The position numbers and the translations under genes are program-made. Under the pieces are notes generated by a model. It worked only from the letters and a program-made list of their open reading frames with translations, ran no database searches and was not told where the DNA came from. Shown here in pieces: positions 34,026-43,906 of a stretch of DNA of 64,000 bases. The stretch is taken from positions 5,704,001-5,768,000 of the forward strand of contig NW_024704765.1 of assembly GCF_018977255.1 (NCBI RefSeq), read 5' to 3'. The stretch comes from Callorhinchus milii (taxonomy: Eukaryota). How positions within the stretch are numbered: the stretch's first letter is position 1; each line of letters opens with the position of its first letter.

Positions 34026-34250
34026 CGTTATTATAATAAGACTTTACCATTGAGTAACTTAAGTTTGAAAAGGAAACACTTTAGCTGAGCAGCAGCAGCA
34101 GCAGCTGAGGGAGGGAGGGAGTGAGAGAGAGAGAGAGAGAGAGAGGGAGGGAGGGAAGGGGAGAGGGGAGGAGGGAGAGTGAGGGGGAGAGAGAGGGGGA
34201 GAGCCCCAGTGTGTCTGTGTTCTGTGGGGATGGCACCAGGAAGTGAGTGG

Positions 34251-34325
34251 GTCACATGACTCTCCAGCTGATCGCTGTGACCTCATCACTGCCCCGCCCC
34301 CTCCTCACAGCCCGGCCACGTGACC
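34251..34325. promoter_or_regulatory. CLEAR/M-box-like E-boxes in the SLC66A1-PINK1 divergent intergenic region
   Basis: GTCACATGAC at 34251-34260 and CCACGTGACC at 34316-34325, with a GC box (GCCCCGCCCC ~34291) between them. Confidence 0.5.
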
Positions 34326-34771
34326 ACAGCCACACCCTGACACAGGGACAGCCAGGAGGAGGCCATTCAGCCCCTCCAGCCTGTGCCGGTAGATCATGGC
34401 TGATGTGCGCCTCGACCGTGGACCGCAGCCCCCCCCCCCCCCCCATTACCCGCCCTCGCCCCGTGTTCGAACCACAACAACACAGCACCCCCACCCCCCA
34501 GGGGTAGGGTCCCGGGGGTGGGGCGGGGGTGTGACGGGGCCGGAGTCTGACCCCCGAGCCGGGGAGGGGGAGTAATAATCCCTTCAAAAAAAAAATCATT
34601 CGGTCACTTCAACCCACGGCTGTTCGTGGGGACGCGGCCCCCAAAACACACACAGTCACTACACTTGATGTGTGTGTGTGTGTCCCGTGAAGCGCTTTTG
34701 AGACGTCTCGACGACGTGATGAGGGTCTGCACCGACTGCCAGGATCATTACTGTAATATATTATATTATAG

Positions 34772-35372
34772 ATGTGATGGTGATGGTGATGATGAAGCTG
34801 ATGGTGATGATGATGATGAAGCTGATGGTGATGGTGGAGATGATGAAGCTGATGGTGATGATGATGAAGCTTATGGTGATGATGGTGATGAACTGATGGT
34901 GACGATGATGATGATGAAGCTGATGGTGATGAAGCTGATGGTGATGGTGAAGATGGTGATGAACTGATGGTGATGGTGATGGTGAAGCTGATGGTGATGG
35001 TGATGATGAAGCTGATGGTGATGGTGAAGATGGTGATGAACTGATGGTGATGATGATGATGAAGCTGATGGTGATGATGATGATGATGAAGCTGATGGTG
35101 ATGATGATGAAGCTGATGGTGATGGTGAAGATGGTGATGAACTGATGGTGATGGTGATGATGAAGCTGATGGTGATGATGGTGATGATGAAGCTGATGGT
35201 GATGGTGATGAAGGTGATGGTGAAGATGATGATGGTGATGAAGGTGATGGTGAAGATGGTGATGAACTGATGGTGATGATGATGATGATGAAGCTGATGG
35301 TGATGGTGAAGATGGTGATGAACTGATGGTGATGATGATGATGAAGCTGATGGTGACGGTGAAGCTGATGAC
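34772..35372. repeat. (GAT/GGT)n trinucleotide-based compound repeat immediately upstream of PINK1
   Basis: GATGGTGATGATGAAGCT units over ~600 bp. Confidence 0.95.
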
Positions 35373-35432
35373 GCGGCCCGGGCGGTTGCTATGGTGACCC
35401 GCCGCTCGCTGCGGCCCCGCCCACTGGCCGCC

Positions 35433-38400
35433 ATGTTGCTGCTGCGGCGGCTGCTGTACCTCGGGCTGCGGCTCCGGCCGGGCTTCCGGGCCCCGCGGCT
35501 GCCGGTGCCGGGGCCGTGTGTGCGGGCCCCGGGGGGAGCCCGCGACCCGCCCCGCTCCCGGTACCGCTATTACCGGGTGTCGGTGACCGGCCTGGCCGCC
35601 CGGTTGCGGGGGGGAGGCCGCGGCCTCCTGCTGGCCTTCGGCCTGGGCCTCGGGCTGGTGGAGCAGCGGCGGCGGGTGGAGGAGGAGGCGGGCAGCCGGG
35701 CGGCGGCGTGTGAGGAGGTCCGGGTAAGAGGAGCCGGGCCCCGGGGGGGGGGGGACACGGCCCCGGGGGGACACCGCCCTGGGGGGACGGGACACGGCCC
35801 CGGGGTCAGGGGTCACAGGCAATTAATTCCCCCTCAATAAATAATAATAATTGGGGGTCACTCCCCCCCCCCCCCCCGACCTGCGACAGTTTGTGGGGAC
35901 GTCGGTCGCTGGGGGCGATGGGGCTGCCGGCCTCCGCGTGCACACGCACAGTCACTACACTCGACTGCCAAGCGCTTTTTCCCGGGACGTCCGGGCGGGA
36001 ACGTTGACGGTCCAGCCCCCTCGGGCGGGGGCGGGGGGGTGGTGGGGGTGCGCTCTCCCGACCCCGACGCCCACCCGCCGCGGCCCCGAATGGCCCCCCT
36101 CCTGCTGCGCCCCGAAACCCCCCTCCCCCCGGGGTTGATTCCCTGACGAGCCCGCGGGGCGGGGCGGGGGTTAATCCGAAACTCACCCTTGACCGTTAAA
36201 ATCCCTTTCTGTCTGTGTTTACCGGGATTAACCCCTCGCTCTTTCTCTCTACCCCCAACCCCCTCCCCAACGCCCGCTTTCTCCCCCAACCCCGAACTAC
36301 CCCCCCCCCACCCCCACTTCTCCAGTTGCTGTTTAACGCCCAAAAAAAGAAATACCAAGACTTCCGCGGCTTGCGGGCGCACGGCTACCGGCTGGAGGAT
36401 TACCTCATCGGGAAGCACATCGGGAAGGGCTGCAACGCCGCCGTGTACGAGGCCGCCATCCCCGGGGCAGGCCACCTGCCGCACGGGAGAACCGGGGCCG
36501 GGGAGGGTGGGAGCCCGGCACGGGGAGACTCCCGAGCAGTAGAGGGTGGGAGCCCGGCACGGGGAGACTCCGGAGCAGGAGAGGGTGGGAGCCCGGCACG
36601 GGGAGACTCCCGAGCAGTAGAGGGTGGGAGCCCGGCACGGGGAGACTCCCGAGCAGTAGAAGGTGGGAGCCCGGCACGGGGAGACTCCCAAGCAGTAGAG
36701 GATGGGAGCCCGGCACGGGGAGACTCCCGAGCAGGAGAAGGTGGGAGCCCGGCACGGGGAGACTCCCGAGCAGGAGAGGGTGGGAGCCCGGCACGGGGAG
36801 ACTCCCGAGCAGTAGAGGGTGGGAGCCCGGCACGGGGAGACTCCGGAGCAGGAGAGGGTGAGAGTGTGGCACGGGATAGATCGAGTCGTCTGCAAGGAGA
36901 AACGGCACCAACTCAACCACAAAGTGAACTGAAGCAAAGTACCTGCTACCCACTGGCGGTGAAGATGCTTTGGAACTTAACCGTAAGTCACTCCCAGTCC
37001 AGCGGCTCTTGGTTGAATTATTGGGGTTGGTTTTACCTGGAGGGACAGGGACCCTCGTGTTGAGAGCGAAACAGGATAGGATTGACGTTCTTCTGGCAGG
37101 GAGTGATCATTGTGGAATGGCTCGTTCCAGAAAGCGAGGGGTTAGCTTGGTTCGTTTGTCTTGCGTTAATCTCTGGGGTCAGAAGGCTGTAGGTTCAAGC
37201 CCCCGCCTCAGGACTTCGAGCTTGCAGGTTAGGACGATGTTTCAACATCGTCCTAACCTGCTCTTGGGGAAAGCACCACATTGTTGCTGCGATACGAGAG
37301 ATTAAACCAAGATCCTGCTGACACTAAAGATCCTGTGACACTATTGGGGAAAAAAACAAGGAGTTTCTCCCAGTGTTGGCCTCCCAGTAGATAAGATAGA
37401 TTCATCTCATGGCTGTTTGTGGAACCTTGTGTGTAAATTGGCTGCCACTTTCCTGTGAATACACAATCACTGCCTTTGATAACAAATACAATGCAAAGCC
37501 CCGGCATTTTATGTTGCTTGAGATCTGTTCACTGTTCCTTTACAGGCAGACTCATCCTGTGATGCCATTCTGAGGACAATGGCCCAGGAGCTGGTCCCAG
37601 CCACTCCCAGCGCCTTAACCGGTGTGTTTGGAAAATCTGCTTCTACCGGGTTAGTCATGCTCTGCTTCCTAGTTATCTACAGACTGTGGCGGATTCACTC
37701 TGCACTGATTTATTGGTGACATTTTGTCTTATCTAATAGGGGAAGGGGAGAAATCAAGACACTTTTTTTTAGTCTCTTCTCTGTTCCAGTGAAAAATCTG
37801 GCATTGGCAGATCCACGAAAGATGGACAGACTGTGGCTGTGAAGTTTCTCCTGCAGCGTCGTTTGTGGCCTAATCTCTTGTGTTTGTGTTGATCAGCTCA
37901 GACATCCGTAAAAGAAAGAAGATGAAACCGCACCCAAACATTATCCAGGTCATTCGAGCATTCACAGCAACGTTCCTCTCTTGCCTGGAGCCTGGGTAGA
38001 GTATCCCGATGTCCTGCCGTCCAGAATTAATCCCAGAGGGATCGGACGCAACCGCACTCTCTTCCTGGTGATGAAGAAGTAAGTGTTTGGGCTTATTCCA
38101 CACCTACGAGGTCTGCTGTTTCTTCAGGAAATGCAGGTTGAAGAATTATCTATGTTATCTTGTCTGCACTCTTACCATGGATGTCTGTACTATTGGCCCT
38201 GGCTTCATTGTTTGATGTCTTTGCTTCTCCAACTCTCTGCGAGTTTGACTCCTGAGGCAATTTTCCCATCTAGGTGCAACTCTGTTTTAAAATGGCTGGT
38301 GGGGGGGGGTTTCCAGCACCGAATTGATGAGAGATCTAACGCCTTTGTGCTTTGTGCACCAAGCTATCCCTGCACCTTGCGGCAGTACCTGAGCATCTCT

Positions 38401-40395
38401 GCCCCCAGTAGTCGCTGGGCCACACTGATGATCCTGCAGTTACTGGAGGGAGTGGACCATCTGGTTCAGCAAGGCATCGCACACAGAGACCTCAAATCGG
38501 ATAACATCCTCGTGGAGTTTGATTCAGGTAATTGAAGCAAGAGGGGAAAAATCAGGTTATCCTTATATACAGTACATATATGGGCAGACACTTTCACAGC
38601 TGTAGGAAAGACAAGATACCAATGTTCTTCTGGAGACCATATTAAAGCTAATAATTTGGGGGAAGACCTGGCAAATGGGATTAATGGTTACCTCTCGCAG
38701 ACAACCTCAAAATACTGAGGTGCGGAGGCAGCTTAAGCAGGCTTCTGTCTTCTGTGCTGTAAAATTCTGTTTCTCACTTGCACTTTTATAACACCTAGAA
38801 CTTCGAAATCTCTCAAAGTGCTTTACAGTAATAACGTAGGTGTGGTGACTGTTTTTTGTGGACCAATGCAGCAGCTGTTTTGCGCAGAGCAAGGTCCCAT
38901 ACACAGCCTTGAGGTGATAGACCAATGTTGTCTGGAAGGTTGTTGGCCAGGGAGTGGGGAGGAATTCTCTTCTTTCAGATAGTGGAGGCCTGTAGGGCGA
39001 GTGAGTCCCACATTCCCACCGCCCTGTGTGTGAAGAAGTTTACGTGGATTAAACAGAATTGAATAATTTCAGGGGTAATCAATTTTTGCTTTCCTTCTCC
39101 GTGTAACAATTTGAATTGCTCTCCTCTCTTCACTCGACTCTGGTGGATTACAAGTGGGGTGCCCTCGGTTGGTGATCACAGACTTTGGCTGCTGCCTGGC
39201 AGATGAGAGGCTGGGAATGAAGCTTCCTTTTACCAACATGTATATCGACCGGGGAGGAAATGGCTGCTTGATGGCTCCAGAGGCAAGTGCTTATTAAATA
39301 CCAAACAATAAAATAAACACTATTGTGCTTCTCAATAGTTTCTGTTTCTTGCAGGAGTTGCCCCCACATAAATAATTCCATCAATTTATGTACGTGTGTG
39401 TAACTGATGAACGAGAGAGAGAGAGAGAGAGAAACAGCAGTTTACATTTATACTGACCGAGTCACGAGAAACTCACAGACTGACATTAATTAGGAACGAA
39501 GTGAATATATTGTCTGAGACTTGCTTTGATCTGTCTCTGTCACGTACTGAGGGGATTTGTTGGTGTGTGTTTCAGGTGTCTGCAGCCAACCCTGGCCCCG
39601 GCAGGTCCATCAACTACAGTAAGTCGGACGCCTGGTCCGTGGGGGCTTTGGCCCATGAGATCCTAGGGCTGCCCAACCCCTTCTACAGACAAGGAGGAGG
39701 GCATCTGGAGAGCAGGCACTACCAGGAGACTCAGTTGCCAGCCCTGCCCGACTGCACTCCCCACCATGTGCAGTTTGTGATCACACTCCTGCTCCGTAGA
39801 GACCCCAAGAAGGTGAGTTACAGTAGCTAGAAAACCATCGGCCACAACAGCTTCTCACAGTGACTTCGGCCACCCGCCTACCTCCACCCTCCCTGCCCTC
39901 CAAACCTCCAGATCCCAACCCCCAGCTCGGGTCCAAATCCCTGACTGCCCATTGCCTTGGGACGTCCTTGTGACGTGAAAGACTCCGTGTAAATGTCCTG
40001 TGTTATTGTTGTCGTGAATGTCCAGTTGGCACTCGGGGTGTGCCCCAGCCTGTACCGTGGCCTTCAGGAGAGGAGAGAATGGGGAGCACAAAGCTAACCT
40101 GAAGAACTAACGGGAGTTTCATTTGATCTTTAAGCGGCCGACGGCTCGAGTTGCTGCTAACATGCTACACTTGCACCTGTGGGGGGCCGAGCTACTGACC
40201 CCTGCTCCGAGCAGCCTGGAACAGATGTTGTCCTGGCTCCGCTGCCAAACTCTGCTCACCTTTCTGCAAGTCGGGAGGAACCGCGACAGCCCGGTGGAGA
40301 CCGAACTGAGGAGATGTTTCTTGGCGAATCTCAGCTTCGAGGAGATGGATGAGGCGATGGAGCTGCTGCTGCTGTGCGGAAACCGCAGCCAGTAA
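35433..40395 (+). CDS. PINK1: PTEN-induced kinase 1 (mitochondrial Ser/Thr kinase); apparent 1-nt frameshift in exon 4
   Basis: GCCGCCATG Kozak at 35433. Exons 35433-35723, 36326-36982, 37546-37649, 37897-38078, 38364-38527, 39155-39282 (GC donor), 39576-39812, 40135-40395. Arg-rich presequence, [61 protein letters not shown]. Confidence 0.95.
36503..36885 (+). repeat. 39-bp coding minisatellite in PINK1 exon 2 (9 full copies + 1 degenerate)
   Basis: GAGGGTGGGAGCCCGGCACGGGGAGACTCCCGAGCAGTA, encoding [13 protein letters not shown]. Confidence 0.95.
37140..37500 (+). mobile_element. Degenerate DeuSINE-type element in PINK1 intron 2
   Basis: GGTTCAAGCCCC B-box, GAGAGATTAAACCAAGATCC..AAAGATCCTGTGACACTATT..GGAGTTTCTCCCAGTG, TGTAAATTGGCTGCC. 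Confidence 0.55.
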
Positions 40396-42496
40396 CCGCA
40401 GCGCGGGGGTTAGTTAATAATCCGAGATTTGTAGGATAACCTTGCAGCTATTGTAGTGGGTCTGAATCTGAAACATCGCACTTTTAAACTTACTCTCAAA
40501 TACTGAAGTGTGGAGTCGGAGCTTAAACAGCAGCAGCAGCAGGAGACAAAGAAATAACTTGCATTGTTCCTCGCTCCATTGACGTCAAGTCTCAAAGCAC
40601 TTCAGTCATTACTAACAAATGTAGGTATTGTAGGCAAATGTAACAGACATAATAAATTAGTTGTTGCACTTACCTGCAAATGAACAGAGCATATAAGAGT
40701 ATTACTATAACAACAACTTGCATTTATGTAGCGTCTTTCAAACAGGTGGAGCACCGGAAAGCGCTTCGAGAGATTTTGACGTGATAAGATGCTATAAAAA
40801 TGCAGGTTCTGTCTTGTCTCGCTAATTGCACACAGTGGAGCAGTGAAACAGCCAAGGATGGAAAGATGTTTTGGAGAATTTCTTCGCTTAGAAAGTGATA
40901 GTGAGTCGTTGGCACACAAGTGTTTTGGCAGCACGTAACTAAACATGAGGCTTGGTCGCATGCGCACTTTAAAGTAAATTCAAGGTTAGGAGTTCAAGCT
41001 AGCAGCGTGTCTGAGCCACGCTGTAAGGGTTGCTGTGACAGTCAGGGATTTACACCAGCTTGGATCCAAATCCCTGACTGTCCAGCGCCATGGGACATCC
41101 TCCCAACGTGAAAGACGCTGTGTAAATGTAATGTGTGGTTGAAGGGGGAATGTTAAAGGGTTTGGGGGAGCAAGTAGGAGATTAGATTGGCTCCTTTGGG
41201 AAAACACACAGTGCACAATGGTCTGTTTCTTCATATAACTTTGTTAAATCTAACCAGAATGTGGTTCTTATTATTCTTCTTATTGCATATTGTGGACTTG
41301 GAATAGTTACGAAAGTTTTCAGTTTGGCTGCCTCTGTTAATATAATTTAAATAAATTTAGAGCGATTTTGAGCATTGCTGGTTTGAATCCTCGCCTCTTT
41401 TGCCTGTTCTGTGAGAAGGTCACAGTTTTACCACCACAATCAAATGCATAGATACTGATTTGATATAAACCTCAAGAACAGTTCCCAGCACACATTCACT
41501 GAATTCTGTTTGTTTATATTGGAAAGCTTTGATGCATGGTTGGTTAGAGCAGGTAATTCAGTTGTTAAACAATTGAAAGCAGTGGAAAGAGCAGGAAAAT
41601 CAGTTCAAACATTGGAGTTAAAGTCCAGATAAATGATTATCATCAGTTGCAATAACAAGCAGCTTTGCCTCCAGTCTGGGGCAAGGTGGGTATTTATTGT
41701 GGGAGGGAGGAGCAAACTCCGTTCTCAGAAACTTTAAAAGCACACACAACACAGCAAATACAAAGCCAGCGAGCGAACTTGAGAGGTGCAGAGAACAGCG
41801 CAGAGTGGCTTAAAGAGCAAATCAAGTGCAAAGGAAGAATTCAGGACTTTCAGGTAAGTGACTGAATTACGTTGCTACTGCTGTACATCCTGCGATTGAA
41901 AGGCAGGTAAATTCAGAACGAAACTACATCAACACTATTTCAGTGAGCAAATAGTGTAGAACAGGCTCCCTCGATGGAGAGATGGTTGAAGCAGGAATTG
42001 TTGATTCTTACAAACACAGATTAGATAGTTTTAGGAATTAACGTTATGGGACATAGTACATATGTGCATGCGACCACCAGGAAGGTGACCTCGATGGACC
42101 TTGGTCTTTTTTCGCCCGGCATTTCTTATGTTCTTATGTACTAACATGCGGGATGATCCAGGGTTTTCTAACCTTTCCACATCCTTCATTGAATGATGTG
42201 GGTACGTGCCATGGTGAAAGTTTACGAAGCCAAAAAAAGTTTTGCAAAACTTTGCCAAAGAACTAAAGAATAAAAACACAGAGGAAGCGAGTTGAAACTT
42301 ACAGGGTTTCAAGTAGAACTCTTCACAGTTCAAAGCTCTTCGCAGAATCGCCTGAGGTGACGTTTAGACACATAAAACTCTTTAAAAATGCAAATTTCTT
42401 TCTTATGTTGTATTTTTTATTCTTGCTAGTTGCTCCCGATAAATAGATGTAAGTCTCTATGAAAGTCCTTTTGTGCTGGAGGCCGAACTAGATAAA

Positions 42497-42569
42497 CTAA
42501 TGACCATTAGGACTTTTAGTTTGACACAGTCAACGGCAATGTTAGGAGTAAAGTCCTAATGGTGATTAG
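42497..42569. repeat. Inverted repeat/hairpin (20-bp arms, 1 mismatch, 33-nt spacer)
   Basis: CTAATGACCATTAGGACTTT ... AAAGTCCTAATGGTGATTAG. Confidence 0.8.
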
Positions 42570-43906
42570 ATTATATAAATCTTTAATGAGGTCTCAAAGC
42601 AACAACAACAAAATTACATGTGTATATGTGTATTTCAAGTCGGGAGGATGTCCCAAGGTGCTGGACAGTGTTTCGGACCTGAGCTGGGGTCGGGATTGGA
42701 GAGGGTGGAGGGTGGTGGGGGGGTGAAGTACCTGCCTTGTGACTTAGCTCTGAGGGTTTGCTGCATTAGAGAAGTCTCATTGAACTCATTCCGCCCACCC
42801 AATGCAGTCAAATCACTTTACAGTATAGCGTGTGAAGCGCTTTGATACGTCTCCAAGACATGATAAGGCGCTCTATCAAACACAAGGATTGTTATTATTT
42901 TACAACCAATGCTAATAGTGGTTGCATTGCGGTCAAAGGTATTTTGAATAAGCCTTAAACAATGGAGCTTTCTACATATCTTCCCCCATTTATTCAGTCT
43001 TTAGTTAAATAAAATAAGTGTGGGAGGGGGGAGACGTAAGGGCACTTTCCCTGTAAGAGTTCCATGTCTATTATAAGCCATCACGTGGTTCTCTAGCCTC
43101 TCAGGTAACCTCATTTCGTTACGGAATTACACTGTCACTGACTGTTCACTCCTGTTACGAGGAACTCATTTAAGAAACAGGTCAATGCTGTCTGGAAGGA
43201 TGAGATCAAACGAGCTGGATGGCCTTCTTCATCCAAATCTCTCTTGTGGTTTAAAGAAAAGCTCTTGACAAATCGAGTGGTGACCACCAAGCAAGAAAAA
43301 TTACAGAATTGAGGATTTTGACCAACGGCAGCAAAATATGTCAAATAAATATGGTTTAGGAGGTTTTTGAAGCGATTCAGAGCAGTGAGAGGGCGAGAAG
43401 AGGTTCCAGAGAGGAGCGGAAGGTACGGTCACGGATGGCGGAGCGAAGGGAATAGGTTTGCAAGCAATAGATCAAAATCAAGAAGTGAAGGATAGAGGCT
43501 GGATTGCAAGGCTGGAGAAGATTGCATAGGTATGGGTGGGGGGGGGGGGGGCTTAAGAGCACTTATCAAGCTCAAGTGACAGAAGACGTGGGCAGCTGTC
43601 AGGAGGAGGTCACTCTCCTGTTCCTCTCAGTCAGGAAATTGGGGAGCGTTTAAATGAACTCAATGCACTGCTGCTTACGTACAGGACTAAATACAGCCAA
43701 GGCCCGACTGTGTTTCTGGCGATGTTGGAATGTCAGTAAGAGCCCTATTTGGAATCTAACACTCCTGGGTGGGGTGGGGGGGGGGATGCAGGGCGTGAGT
43801 GTGTGCCGGGTGGAGGGGTGGGTGGGTGTGGAACTCCAATTTGCACAACCTCCCGCTCGCAGCAGCTGACAGCGTGACCCACGTTGTTGTTCTATCCTCA
43901 GTAGAC

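Noticed and set aside
34761-35822. 353-aa minus-strand poly-His/Ser/Ile ORF
   Set aside because: It is the translation of the (GAT/GGT) repeat plus the antisense of GC-rich PINK1 exon 1; no independent coding evidence.
35858-36953. Long minus-strand repetitive ORFs ([12 protein letters not shown]; [11 protein letters not shown])
   Set aside because: Antisense shadows of the stop-free 39-bp repeat in PINK1 exon 2.
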